From positions 186,001 to 250,000 of the forward strand of contig OW569346.1 of assembly GCA_937625935.1 (NCBI GenBank): 64,000 bases of DNA. The letters run 5' to 3'. How positions within the stretch are numbered: the stretch's first letter is position 1; each line of letters starts with the position of its first letter. The notes under the pieces are model-generated. The model saw only the letters and a program-made list of their open reading frames with translations, searched no databases and had not been told where the DNA came from. Below are positions 21,545 through 34,584 of this stretch, piece after piece. The stretch comes from Tetramitus jugosus. Its lineage: Eukaryota; Protista; Heterolobosea. Made by a program: the position numbers and the translations under genes.

Positions 21545-24337
21545 ATGAGTAAAGTAACAAGTAAAATCTCTCAATGGGAGAATGGCACCACCAGCAGTAC
21601 TGCTCCTCCCAACACCAGCAACAACAACAACACGAATACAAAAAAGACAACTCTATTGCCTCCACCTCCTCAGCAACAACAACAACAACAACAACAACAG
21701 AAGAGCAATAACAAAGCAACAACAACAACAACAACAACTCCTACGACTTCTTCATCCAAGACACACAATCGTACCATTTCTGCTCCCATTATTGCGACAA
21801 CAACCACAACAGCAACTAATAAACAGTCATCATCGTCTTCATCCATTGGCAGCAAACAAGAGCGTGTCAATGAAGAATTGGCAAAGTTGAAATCGTTGAG
21901 AGACAAGGGACTGTTGTCCAATGAGGACTATGAAGCAATGAAGAAGCAAATTATTGATCTCAGTCAAAAGAAGCACAATCGATTGTCCACTCACATTTCA
22001 TCATCATCATCTTCACTTTCATCGTCATCCACCAAGCATCAACAACAACAACAACAAGATGATTCCAATCATGGCAGAAAGAAGAGTGTCATGAATCAAT
22101 TCTTTGACAAGGTATCTACCACTCTACCATCATACAACAAGGATAGTAGTAGTAGTAGTAGTGAGAGACCAATGATATCCACTCCCAAGACATTTGAAAA
22201 AGTCAATACAACCACACCCATCTCCTCATTCCATCTCAACAACAACAACAATAACAACAATAACAATAAGAATAACAATAACAATAATAACATCACAAGT
22301 AATCAGCGCACTGTGACTCCGACAACACCATCCACAACTAAAGCAACAACAACAACCGTACCACCACCTGTGCCCAAACACTTGAAGAAGTCTCCAGCAC
22401 CAACATCATCATCACCATTACCCGCTACTCCTACTGCCAATAATAATAATAATAATAGCAACAAGAATAAGAGAAATAGTAATAATAACAATAATTATGT
22501 TACGAGTACGACGTCGTTGAAATCAAATGCTGCTACAACTCCTGTGAACAAGACATCTACTACTACTACTACCACTACCACTACTCCTGCTTCTTATCGC
22601 AGTACTAGCAATAACAAGTCCAGTTCATCATCATCATCATCATCATCATCAGTACCAAAGCCAATCTCAACAACCAATGCGAGAACCACCACTACCACCA
22701 CCACTGCAGCACCTAAAACAACAACATCGCAAATACCAAAGACAACAACACCAACAACACCCACAACCAATAATGTCAATGGTAAAAAGTATGATCGATT
22801 CGGAAATCCTATTGTAACAACAACAACAACAACAACAACACCTACGACACCTACAACACCCAATACTTCTTCTACGACTCCTTGGAACAAGAGCAGTACT
22901 GCTGCTTCCAACGCTACTGCTACTGTTGTCGTGAAACCTACTGTTACTTCTCATTCAAAGGCAACAACACCAACTACTGTTACTTCTCATTCAAAAGCAA
23001 CAACAACAACAACAACCAAGGCTTCCACTCCCACTACTACTCGCACTACGACACCGACAACACCTACTGCCATGAACAAATCAACAAGTGTACACAGTAA
23101 GGCAGCAAGTGTCAGTATGTCTGTTTCCCCTACTACTACTCCTACTACCACTGCTCCTACTACTGCTGCTACCACTGCTGCGAGTGCACCAGACAACAAC
23201 AACGAAACATTGACAAACATGGATGAGTGGATCAAGGAACAAGAAGAGCAACGATTGAAACAAATTGCACTTCGATTGGCACAGGAAGAAGAGAAACAGT
23301 TGAAATTGTTGAATGACAAGATGAAAAAGATGGAGGAAGAACAGATGAGAGTGCTAGATGATCGATTGAAGAAGATGCAGACAGATAAGAGACAGAGTGT
23401 AGCATACAAGCAAATGTCTGCCCTTCACAGAAAATCAATCATGCTACTCAATAACAACAACAATAACAACCCTATGAGTGTTACTCCTAATGCTACTCCT
23501 AATGCTGCCACTGCTCTTAACAACAACAACAACAACAATAATAATAGACAGAGTATGATGTCAGTATTGAAAAAAGAAGAGCAAATGGAACTCAAGAGAT
23601 TGAAAGAGCAGATGAAGCAAGAAGAGATGCGTCAATTGAAGCAAATGGAACAGTTGATTCAACAACGAGAACAGGAGAAGAAGACAATCATGGAGAATGA
23701 ACTCAAGAGAATAGAAGAGGAACAGAGAGTGCTCATGATGAAACAACTGGAGAAGGAGAAGCAAGACTTGTATGATCAAATGATGAAGAAGCATGAAGAG
23801 CAGGTGCTTCGATTGCAACAAGAGCATGAGCAACAAGAGCGAGAGCGACTACTCAAACTGAAGCAACAACAACAACAACAACAACTTGAAGCCAACAAGA
23901 CTACTGCTGCTGTGATTGTTCCACCTACAATGAGTAATCCACCACCGCCACCTCCACCTCCTCCAATGCCACCCCAATCATCCATTCTATTTAATGCATC
24001 GATTGCAGTCAAGAAGGACAATAGCAATGCGACTGCCCCTACAACTACTCTGGTCAATAATGGTCCAATGGGTGGTGATTTATTGGAACAGATTCGACTG
24101 GGAACAAAATTGACCAAGGTGACCGTTGTAGACAAGAAGAAGGAAGAGAAGAGATTGAGTGGATTGAGTGGACTGTTGCAAAAGGCTCTATCGAACAAGA
24201 GAATTCACATTAATGACAGCGATGATGACGATGATTCAGATGATGAATGTGCAAGTGCAGCATCAAAGCTCATCTCTGATAAATTGAAGAGGGCCAACAA
24301 TGACTCTGATGATTCAGATGATGACGATTGGTTCTAA
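21545..24337 (+). CDS. Putative Arp2/3 nucleation-promoting factor: SHOCT-like motif, low-complexity region, coiled coil, polyproline, WH2-C-A
   Basis: LAKLKSLRDKGLLSNEDYEAMKKQII; PPPPPPPPPMPP; GGDLLEQIRLGTKLTKV; GLLQKALSNKRIHI; DSDDDDWF C-terminus. Confidence 0.75.
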   Translation: MSKVTSKISQWENGTTSSTAPPNTSNNNNTNTKKTTLLPPPPQQQQQQQQQQKSNNKATTTTTTTPTTSSSKTHNRTISAPIIATTTTTATNKQSSSSSSIGSKQERVNEELAKLKSLRDKGLLSNEDYEAMKKQIIDLSQKKHNRLSTHISSSSSSLSSSSTKHQQQQQQDDSNHGRKKSVMNQFFDKVSTTLPSYNKDSSSSSSERPMISTPKTFEKVNTTTPISSFHLNNNNNNNNNNKNNNNNNNITSNQRTVTPTTPSTTKATTTTVPPPVPKHLKKSPAPTSSSPLPATPTANNNNNNSNKNKRNSNNNNNYVTSTTSLKSNAATTPVNKTSTTTTTTTTTPASYRSTSNNKSSSSSSSSSSSVPKPISTTNARTTTTTTTAAPKTTTSQIPKTTTPTTPTTNNVNGKKYDRFGNPIVTTTTTTTTPTTPTTPNTSSTTPWNKSSTAASNATATVVVKPTVTSHSKATTPTTVTSHSKATTTTTTKASTPTTTRTTTPTTPTAMNKSTSVHSKAASVSMSVSPTTTPTTTAPTTAATTAASAPDNNNETLTNMDEWIKEQEEQRLKQIALRLAQEEEKQLKLLNDKMKKMEEEQMRVLDDRLKKMQTDKRQSVAYKQMSALHRKSIMLLNNNNNNNPMSVTPNATPNAATALNNNNNNNNNRQSMMSVLKKEEQMELKRLKEQMKQEEMRQLKQMEQLIQQREQEKKTIMENELKRIEEEQRVLMMKQLEKEKQDLYDQMMKKHEEQVLRLQQEHEQQERERLLKLKQQQQQQQLEANKTTAAVIVPPTMSNPPPPPPPPPMPPQSSILFNASIAVKKDNSNATAPTTTLVNNGPMGGDLLEQIRLGTKLTKVTVVDKKKEEKRLSGLSGLLQKALSNKRIHINDSDDDDDSDDECASAASKLISDKLKRANNDSDDSDDDDWF

Positions 24338-24525
24338 ACAAAAGATTTCTTCAAGACTCACCAATAAACCCAAATATTTTCTGGACTATTGTATTCCTTC
24401 TAAGCTGTGAATCGAATCTTCATTTATCCGCCAATTCAGAATAATCCGATATCCCAAGGTTTGTGCTCCCGAGAGAGAAAACCAAAAGAAGAAGAACGAA
24501 CAAACAAACACACGCCATTTGAATC

Positions 24526-24673
24526 ATGTATTCTCCACTGCCCACCACAGATTGTGATTTGGATGACCTACCTCCACTGGAAGATGCATTTGCACCAACA
24601 ACCACTGCATTGAATGACAATGCTGATCAGCATGTGTCTCCTTCATCCTTTACTTCCATCAACCATTTGATTC

Positions 24674-24708
<35 letters not shown>

Positions 24709-27700
24709 GCTACTACTACTGTATCATCTATATCATCATCATCATTTCAATCCCATCATCATGATTCTTATCATTATGACAACAAGAGTATATTCCAAGC
24801 CGTACAAGAAGCAGACTATCCACTCGTTCACATGTTACTCACATGGAATCACAACAATCACAACAACAACAACAACAACAATCATCCATCAAACATGAAC
24901 AATGTTAGTAACAATCAAAAGATGATTTATTATGCATGTGATACGGATCGATGTGCCACGATATTGCACTGGGCATGCTTTCACAATCATACATTCATTA
25001 TTGAATTGATTCTGTCATCCTATTGCAGTGTCATCGATAATGATCATGTAGTAGTACAACAACGAGATGAAATGAAGCACTTGTTGTTTCACATTCCAAG
25101 TGGCATGATGGAGAAGCAGAGTGCATTCATGTGGGCAGTCATGGCAGGTCACTTGTCCACTGTTCAATCACTGATTCAACAATGCTTGACTCTTGATAAT
25201 GATGATGGACATGATGATGCTGATGATTTCAAGTTGTTGTTTGAAACTGTGGATCACAATGGATGCAATGTGATCATGCTCAGTGTTCAGAATGGACATT
25301 TGAACGTGTTGCATTACTTGTTGTCTCTCTATCATCAACACTATGATCATCATCATCACCACCACCACTCTTGCAAGGATAAAATGAATAATACTAGTCA
25401 TACTAGTAACACTCATACTCATACTAATAATCATAATAATAATAATATTCATCATCATCATGGTATTAACATGGTGGAACACTTGAGCAATACTCATCAT
25501 CACAGTAGTAGCACTACTACTCACAATCCTAATAATACTAATAATCATCATCCAATTGTGTTGTTCCATGATAGAGATGGTCATTCATTGCTTCATTGGG
25601 CCATCTACAACAATGACTACAAAATGACCAAATACATTCTCTATCATGTTCTACTCCACAATTTTCAATATCAATTCATCAACAACAACAACAACATCGA
25701 CAAATATAACAATCATAATAACAATCATAATAATAGTAACAACAAGCATTCTCATTCTCATCATACAATCAATCAAGAGTATCAATACCAATTGATATGG
25801 CAATACATTCAATACAAGTCACCCAAGAATGGACGCAGTGCATTTCATTGGGCAGCCAAACAATGCAGCACTCATGTTCTTGAACTGTTGGTTGTGTTTG
25901 TGTTGAATCACTTGATGATTCACAATTCAAATCACACTTTGACTGCGACTACTACTGCTACTAATTCTACTAATTCTACTGCCACTCATTCATCAGTAGG
26001 GCACAGTATCAATCATCAACAACAATATTATGGTAGAGAATTGTACAGAGAGTTGTATGAGATGAAAGACACGGATGATGATGGTTGCACAGTTCTCAAC
26101 TATGCACAACAGTTGCACAAGCACACTACAGGTCACACAATGATTCAATTGTTGAACAAGTGGAAGCATGAACTGACCAGTGAATCATCCATGCAATTCG
26201 ATAGGAATCGCATATGGATGCAACAACACAACAAGAGTCACATTCGGGAAGAAGGTGAACTCTCTACTACTTCTACCACCGCTACTACTAATAATGCCAT
26301 GATGAACAAGAAGAGGGATAGAGATGATGATGATGATGATGATGACGATCATGAAAGTCAAATGATCATTTATGATGAACAAGTGTTCCATGTGCCTTCT
26401 GCTGCCAATGTCACAAGAAGTACTGGTGGTCATGTACAACCGAATGTTGATTCTTCTTCCTCTCTGTTTGTGAATGTGAGTCCTTTTCAACAACAACAAC
26501 AACCATTATTCTCATCATCACAACAACAACAGAGCATGTATGTGCCATGTATTGAGATGCATCGATGGAACAGTGAACCCATTCCCAACATGGCAAGTCT
26601 CATCCAATACTCGTACAGTCATCTCATTCGCATCACTCAAGTCATTCTCATTGTATTCCTGTTCACATTTGTACTGTTGAATCATGTGCCTGTTCCACTC
26701 GGTATCCTCTCTTGTGTTGTCATGTCTGGTGCACTCTTCCTGTACTTGCAAAAGAGAAGCAAGTTGAAGTTTGTAGAGGCGAGAGATGGACTGTTGATTG
26801 GTGTCTATCTGTCAACAATGGTGAACAGTTTATTGCACTACTGGATCTTCATTTATCCAGTCTTGTTTGGCAATGCTAGTACTGGTGGTGGTGGTGTTAG
26901 TAGTACTGGTGGTGGTGGTAGTGGTGAAGATGAAGTCGATAGTACAAGTGTTTGGCAAAGTTTACTGTTCATGTTGGTTCATGGCTGGTTACTATTTCAC
27001 AGTATCATGAGTCTCTCTCAGTATTATAGGCTCGTGTTTCACGTGACCAATCCTGGATATTGTTACAACAGTATAACAGCAACAACAAGCACTACGGCGA
27101 CAACCACAGTGACCACAAAGCAAAATAAGAATCGAGTCCATTGTACAAGATATCCATTACTGTGGTCTCACATTGAAGAAGAGATTCTATGCTTGTATGA
27201 ATCGAACAATTGTCTCACCAACAACAGACAACAACAACCACAACCACAACAACAGATGCTGCTATTGAGTCCATCACCAGCTCAAAAGGAACAGCAAGGC
27301 AAGTTGAAGCACTATTGTGAGACTTGCCAGATTAGAAAACCATTGAGGAGTAAGCATGATGCAGTCACAGATCGTTGTGTTTCTCGTTTCGATCACTTTT
27401 GCAGTTGGGTTCAAATGCCCATTGGTCGCTTCAATCACTTGTCATTCCTGTTGTATGTCGTGAGCACTGAACTCTATGGGCTATCGATTGCTCTCCTCAC
27501 AGTCATTGCACTGTTGAAACAAGTGTCAACTCGGGGAGAGTCATTGTGGAGCACACCAAATCTCATGTACGCACTATTCTATTCCAACAATGTGCCTCTG
27601 GGCACTGTTCTGTGCAATCTCGTGTTTGTTGGTCTTCTGAGCCTTCCTATTGGATTGCTAGCTGTCACCAGTGTGAGAAATGCTCTGTTTAAGTTGACTA

Positions 27701-28050
27701 CCAATGAGATTATGAACGCAGATCGCTATCCATGGTTACTTGTTCTCCCAACATTCAACAGAGCATTCAACAACAACAAGCACTATCATGCCATGTACCG
27801 CATGCTTCCACCAATGATTCAAACAGTGGTGCACAACTTGTGGGCATTCGCTCGAGGTGGAGTTTTCAATGTGATGGACGAGGGAATCGTGAACAATTTG
27901 CGAACAATCTATCGGCAGTCTCTTTCTGCTCAAAACGACAACGATGAAACTACTCACTTTGTGGGTTCTTGGGCTCACACGTTCCTGGTTAAGCACGACA
28001 TGCGCTTTCCTACTTCTGTGGATATTGAGAAAGCACATTTCCAGTACTAA
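24526..28050 (+). CDS. Ankyrin-repeat DHHC-family palmitoyltransferase (Akr1/ZDHHC17-like)
   Basis: Ankyrin repeats (TILHWAC, SAFMWAV, SLLHWAI, SAFHWAA), TM segments, [15 protein letters not shown]...[13 protein letters not shown] motif. Confidence 0.85.
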
Positions 28051-28622
28051 TAAACCGTTCCGTTTTTTACAGTAAAAACAAGCATATCGTCTACTGTAAC
28101 CTGTAACTTATGCCCCAGCACAGACCGTAATGATGGCCAAGCATGCCCAAAATGCCAAGAACAGAGGCAAGCCAAGAGTAAGTAGATTCATGTCAACCAA
28201 AGCTCGAACAAATATATAGTGAGTTCAGAGTTTTAACTAAGTGCAAACACCGTGATTCAAAATTTTTGTTACACTCGATCTTAATTGAAATCAATTAAAT
28301 AACATAAATTTCTTATTAAGTCTCATTATTTGAAAATATTCTTTAACTTAATAATATTTACTGTCTTATTTTTGGTAAAATATGCGAAATGTCGTAACGC
28401 AACTTAAGTGTCCCACTATCTTTAAGTAATATATCTGATTTATCAATTTTTGTAAACATGGTTGGTGTTGCATAAGGTCCCTTGGCCTGTCCTCCTCTTT
28501 TGCCTAAAATATGTTACCAAACATGCCGGTGGGAAGAAAAACGATGAAGTTTGAACCCGTTTGTCTTGTGTGAAAGGCAACCTCAACATGACAAAGTACT
28601 TACAGAAATTTTTTTTATTTGA

Positions 28623-29153
28623 TTACCAAGAGTTTTGTTGCAATTGTTCTTGTTGTTGCTTTCTGCAATCTCTCAAGGATTCAGCATAGAATTGACATGC
28701 ATCTCTGTTGCCAGATCCATTTTCTCTCATGCAACCAGACAAGTCTTGAACATGGAAGAAGCAAGCATCCTTGTTGTTGTTGTTATTCTCTTGTTGTTGT
28801 TGTTGTTGAGATGATTCCACATGATGATGATCAGCATCATCAGAAGAACTGAATGAATCAATGGCATCATTCAATCTTCTGCCAACAGTGTGACCAATGG
28901 CACTACCAATGGCACTTCCTACAATGGTACCACCAATGCCACTGAGCATTCCACCACCACCACCAGTTGGTTGTTGAACATGAGGTGCTGGTGGTTGAGC
29001 TTGTTGGACTGGTGCTGGTGGAGGAGAAGCCTTTTGTTGTTGTTGTGGCCTTGAAGAAGAAGAAGCACTCTTGCTGTTGGATGACTTTGATGAAGATGAA
29101 GATGATCTAGATCTGCTGCTGCTGCTGCTGGATGATGAACGACCTCTGCCCAT
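28623..29153 (-). CDS. Twin-CX9C mitochondrial intermembrane-space protein, CHCHD2/CHCHD10/Mix17-like
   Basis: Arg/Ser N-terminus, GSAIGSAIGHTVG helix, C-x9-C...C-x9-C. Confidence 0.85.
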   Translation of the reverse strand: MGRGRSSSSSSSSRSRSSSSSSKSSNSKSASSSSRPQQQQKASPPPAPVQQAQPPAPHVQQPTGGGGGMLSGIGGTIVGSAIGSAIGHTVGRRLNDAIDSFSSSDDADHHHVESSQQQQQQENNNNNKDACFFHVQDLSGCMRENGSGNRDACQFYAESLRDCRKQQQEQLQQNSW

Positions 29154-29400
29154 TGTTTGTTGTATGTGTGTGGGTTGTTGTGTTGTTTGTTTGTTTTTTT
29201 GTGGATGTTGTTTTTGTGTGTAAAGATTTCGTGAGGGTGGAAAAACAACGCCCTTGCGCGGAATTTACTGTGAATAATTATAAAACTCAATTCCGATTGG
29301 TTGGGTTGCCATGTCAATTCAACTGGGATATCTCAGTTTATTTCGTCATCACTATGGATGCATTATTCCGATTTCCATGCTTGTGAACTAGGAATTCTTC

Positions 29401-29814
29401 TCATTTGTTGCTGCGATTCAATTGCTCATTGTTGGCTGTCAAGTGCTTGGCTTCCATGTTGTACATGCTCTGCAGTAGCAATGCACTCTTAATCTCTTTA
29501 AGCTTTTTCTTTGACAACAAATTCTGAGGATCAGCTTGGTCTAAACTTGCATTCATCTCTTCTCCTCCTGTTGTTGACTTGGACAGTAGTTCAATAGAGT
29601 TTTCCTTGTCCTCTTCATTCAATCGAATTCTCTCCTGAATTCTTGTGTATCTCTCTACTTCTCTAGTAATGAGATCTGACGCGTAATCCATATTCTTCTC
29701 ACTCTCATAGTCCAATCCAGGGCCTTCCAATAACCACAGAATCTTCTCAGACGGCATTAACTCATCTAGCCGAACACTCTTTTGTGACGGTGGTGATGGT
29801 GATGACGATGACAT
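29401..29814 (-). CDS. Hypothetical protein (137 aa)
   Basis: ATG-initiated ORF with protein-like charged helical composition; no motif recognised. Confidence 0.5.
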   Translation of the reverse strand: MSSSSPSPPSQKSVRLDELMPSEKILWLLEGPGLDYESEKNMDYASDLITREVERYTRIQERIRLNEEDKENSIELLSKSTTGGEEMNASLDQADPQNLLSKKKLKEIKSALLLQSMYNMEAKHLTANNEQLNRSNK

Positions 29815-29917
29815 TGTAATGGAAATGGATCAATCCCTTCTTCAAACTTGTTGTTCCTTGTTCATCAACGGTGAGAAACGCTCTCGCTCAATATCTACGG
29901 AAAACCCAAACAGACAG

Positions 29918-32513
29918 ATGGGCGCCAATCGAATCAAACAGCAAGAATTTTTGAACATTGACTATTTTAATAAGCACAGTAACAAAGGGATCGATTTGAA
30001 CTGTATTGGGAAAATGTCCAGAAGTGTCAGAGATTTAAAGAAGATTGTTTCTTCGAGTAGGGATGCTCCTGCTACTCTCACAAAGAAGGATCATCAGGAA
30101 CCAGCACTAATAGCAACTAACAGTAGTACATTCAATACGAACACCAACATTCAACAATATATTTCGCCCATTAGGAACGAAGCTACAATGACGCTTGATG
30201 TAAATGAAGATTCTGGTTGGGCGGGTGTCGCTGGTCCCTTCACGAACGACAAGAGAGGGCGCCGTTCTACATTGAGCAACAACCATCACAAAACAAGCAG
30301 ATTGACTCATTATGATGAGGAACAAGAACTAGTCAATGCCTTGAAAACAAAGTTGGACGAACAGAGAAAAGAATTAGATAACAGATACGAGAGTATAGCG
30401 TCCATTCAGAGAAACTTTGAAAGTTTGTCTCAATTGTATCAAACAGAAGTAGTGAAAGCAACAGAACTTGCTGAGCGATTAGAAGAGTCAGAAAAAAGAA
30501 TGAGCGAGTGGAAATTGAAATTAAGAGATAAGGAAGTGAACGATTCCCAATTCGAACTACTACAGAATCAATACAGAGAGTTGTTAGACAAGAAGTATGT
30601 GACGTCAGACGTAGTTAACTCAATCTTTTCTTGCGAATTCTCCCAAAGTTTACTCACATGATATTTGGATAGACAGTTGACAGAACAGATTCTGAACATG
30701 AAGATGAGCGAGAATGCGAAATTGAATCAGAGAGTAATAGATTTGAACGAAAATACATTGAGGTTGAAGAATGAATTGGACAGTGTCAGTGATGACTACA
30801 ACAGAATAAAGATTGAATTGGATTCGAATTTGAAACTGAATGAAAATTCGAGGTCTATTATAGCGTAAGTAGTTAATTGATGATGAGTATTCGTGGTCGT
30901 CGTGAGTGTTTACTCTTTTGTGAATGTTAGAGAGTTACAATCAGAAGTTGAATCTCAGATGAACCTAGTTACGGAGAAAGATTTTGAAGTGAGGAGACTA
31001 ACCGCAACCCTAAAGTATGTTTACTTGTATTCCATTAGGAACAATTAGTCAACGACAGTGACTAAAACTCGCGTGTTTAAACAGAGAAGTGAAACGGAAA
31101 TTAACAGAGCTTGAGGACCGATATGAAAGAGAGAAACAAGGAGCAAGTCAGTTGCAGGAGAAGAAGGAAGAACTGGAAGACAAGAATACACTGTATGCAG
31201 AGAAGATTGAGAGCCAATTGGGTACGATTGATGAACAAGGAAAGAAAATGAAGGTTCTGGAAGCAAAAATTCATAGGCGCATAGCAGACTTTTCTAAAGT
31301 GGAGTCTGAGTTGGAACAATTACGGCAACAAAAAACACTCCTAGACACTGTATTGAGGGAGAGAGATCAACAACTATGCTTGCTAGAGAAAGAAAGAGAC
31401 TCCCTTAAGAAACAATTGGAAGATTTTGAGCAAGATGATACGGAAAAGGACAAAATCCTCACCCAATATGAAGAAAGCATGATTGAGTTGCAATCAGCAC
31501 TTGTACAACAGAAACAAGAGATGAATAAACTAGAGGAAAAACTGAAGGAGGAGCAGGATCAAGTAAAATTACTGCAAGAAAAGATAGCATGGAATGTGAC
31601 CCATTTGGAGAAGGAATACAATAACTGGAGGATGTTAGAGACAGATTACAAGGATCAAATATCAAAATCGATTTCCGAAAAGGATGTCCTATCCAAGGAG
31701 TGTTCATCACTCAGTGAGTTAAATGATAGACTTCAGAATGAAATTAAGGAATTGATGGATAAGGATCAATCATCCAAGATTGAATTACTGACCAGTCAGA
31801 AAACGACTCTGGAGGGCAACTTACAACTGTACACCCAAGTGATCGAGGAATTGAAACTTAAAAATGAGAGTTATCGCGTTCAGTATGACACTGTGTTGAG
31901 AGATCGTAATTCAGTCAAGTCACAACTTGAACAGGCTCAACTAGAGCTAAACAACGACCGAAACCAATTTCAATGCGATGCAGCAAAGTGGAAGGAAGAA
32001 GCTGACCTTAAAAACCAACAAATTCTGGACCTATCGAGCAAGCAGTCAACCCTGATGGAAGAGAAGAGTCAGTTGATAAAACAATTGGAAGATTTGCGAG
32101 TAACAAACAATGAAAGAGAACAGGACAACCAAGGACTACTAAATCAATTACAACGGTTACAACAAGATCAAAAACAAAACGAGGTCCAAACAAATCTCAA
32201 CTCAACGTTGAACAAGTTGATAAAGATTGAAGAATCAGTAGAACCATCATTGGCATGCTTGAGTTGTATGAATATGTTGGATCATCCAGTGTTGTGTGTG
32301 CCTTGTGGTCATGCCTATTGTCACTCTTGCTTCTATCAGGACGTGAAGAAACAACGTCACCAGCAGGGAGAAACCATGTGCCTCGAGTGTAATGAAAAGG
32401 TAATTCACCACATTGAACATTGTGAAATGTTGGAGATTGTGATCCAGAAACACAAGTACAGGAAACAGGCACTTGAAACCATATACCAACAAGTACAACA
32501 GCTCGATGCTTAA
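29918..32513 (+). CDS. Long coiled-coil protein with C-terminal C3HC4 RING finger; exons ~29918-30594, 30673-30864, 30931-31014, 31085-32513 (start uncertain)
   Basis: Three GT-AG introns (30595-30672, 30865-30930, 31015-31084) preserve the frame; CLSC...PCGHAYCHSC...CLEC. Confidence 0.75.
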
Positions 32514-32744
32514 CAAATGGTTGGATTTGTACAAGTTTAAGTGCCAAGATACCTCTCATCCCCTATTAATTGGAGAAGGAGGAACAATTGAATGGTTTCA
32601 AGTCGAAACAACAAGATGTGCAACAAGATAATTCACAGTGTGTGCTCAACTTTTTATTATTCCTTGTATATTGTGATTGACTCGTGTTCTTCTTCTTCTT
32701 CCTCTTACGTACTTTCTTTGGATCCAAACAAGACTGTATGAATA

Positions 32745-32797
32745 CAGTGTATCCATGTGTATCCATGTGTATCCATGTTATTGTATCCATGTATCCG
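32745..32797. repeat. Short tandem repeat of a ~10-bp unit (GTGTATCCAT)
   Basis: gtgtatccat gtgtatccat gtgtatccat followed by degenerate copies. Confidence 0.6.
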
Positions 32798-32831
32798 TCA
32801 GTGTGTGTGTCTGTGTTGTTGAGAAATGAGT

Positions 32832-34370
32832 TCAACGACGCGAGTGCAATGGCTTTTTCACTCGATTCTGAGTGGAGGAGTGTTGTGGCTTTCGAATCAC
32901 CATTTGACTCTTGTCCAGTTCTCTACCACTTCTTTGTTGATAAGGTGGCTTGTTGTTGTTATTATGGTCATTGACACCTGGTATAATCAGTGGTGGTTCT
33001 TTTTGTTGTTGTTGATGACTGTTATTGTTGTTGTTGTTGCTTCTTCTATTGTTACTTGTTCTTCTTGTCACTTGTCCACCAGTTCTAGTTTCTCTGCTGC
33101 TGCTGCTGCTTCTTCTATTTCTTGTATCATGTGAGTGAGAATCATCGGCACTGCTATAGCCACTATTGTCCTCTGCTTCAGAATCAATCCATTCATCACT
33201 CTCAGAATCATCATTATTATTATTGTATTGCTTCTTCTTCTTCTGGTTGTTGTTGTTGTTGTTGTTGTTTCTTCTACTACTAGTACTACTAGTACTATTG
33301 TGATGATGATGATGATTGGTAGTAGTAGTAGTAGCAGCATTGTGATGAGAGAATGATGGATGATGAATCATGTACTGTTGTTGGTCATATTGTTGATTTG
33401 GTGTGATTGTTGTTGTTGGATGAACATAGGGATAAAAAGCAGCAGCAGATGGATCCATGATGCGTTGTTGTTGTTGTTGTGGATGATAATAGACTGGTAG
33501 TGCAGCAGTTGAAAAGTGTTGTGGCACATGATGATGATGATGAGATGGCATGATGAATGATGATGCATTGGATGATGGAGGTGGTAGTGTTGTTGTTGTT
33601 GTTGTTGTTGTTGGTACTGATACAATAAATTGATGAGGAGCAAGTGTTGATGATGATGGTACTTGTTGATGATGTTTGATACTCTTGTGTTGTTTAGCAG
33701 CAGAAACAGTAGTTGTCTTGTGAGGCTTTGATATCTTGTTGTTGTTGTGACTATTCTTGTGAACAAGTGTAGTACTACTACTACTACTGCTCAATTTGGA
33801 TAATTTGGATAATTTGGATAATTTGGTTGTTGTTGTTGATGATGATGCAGCAACATTGTTGACAATTGAAATCTTCAAGTCAGTGTTCATCTTGTTCTTC
33901 TTTTGAGAGACAAGTGATGATGATCTCGGTTGTGGTTGTGATTGATGATTCAATCGACGAGTAGTCGTCACAACTGCAGCAGTAGTCGTCTTTTCAAACT
34001 TTTTCTACATTGTATTATAATGATAGATGACAATGATAATAATGAAAATGATGATAATAATGATAGATGATGATGAAAATGATAAAGAGTGAGTGGATGG
34101 TACAATCAAATGATGATGTCATGTATGATACAAACATACCTTGTTGACATGTTGTTGTTGTTTGTTGTTTGATGATGAATCCTTTGTAAACTTGTTCTTT
34201 GATTCCTTTTCGTCACTCTTCTTCTTTTCAACCACCACCTTTTTATGTTGTTGTTGATGATGATGAGGATGAGTAGAGACTGCTGATGATGATGATGATG
34301 CAATCTTTGGCGACGGTTTAGATGGTAGAGCAGATGCTAATTCATCCAAAATGTTTGATGTGATCGACAT
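32832..34370 (-). CDS. Low-complexity Lys/His/Asn-rich hypothetical protein; exons 34370-34140, 34004-32832 (3' end uncertain)
   Basis: MSITSNILDELASAL...; intron 34005-34139 (GTATGT...TGTAG) joins in frame to the 379-aa ORF. Confidence 0.55.
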
Positions 34371-34584
34371 GATAAATAAGATGTGATAACGATTGTTCTT
34401 TGTTGTTTTATGATGATTTGTGGGCAAACTGCAGTTTGATTTTTTATTCAGCTGCCGAAATCAAAAAATCATTCTTTGTCGCTGTTTCCTGTTGCTTTCG
34501 CCGTTTTTCAACAGCCGTTGAAAGTGAATTTACGATGAAAGTGGTCTAGTTTTTTTATTTGATATGAATTCACAGTGAGCAGAC

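Noticed and set aside
21600-27300. Abundant (CAA)n, (TAC)n, (CAT)n tracts and their antisense poly-Leu/Val/Cys ORFs
   Set aside because: Ordinary coding microsatellites; not CRISPR-like (no repeat-spacer periodicity), and the antisense ORFs are artefacts.
32566-32835. Possible extra terminal exon (CAG|SCLDPKKVRKRKKKK) of the low-complexity gene
   Set aside because: An acceptor-like site exists but no consensus GTAWGT donor was found near the end of the upstream ORF.
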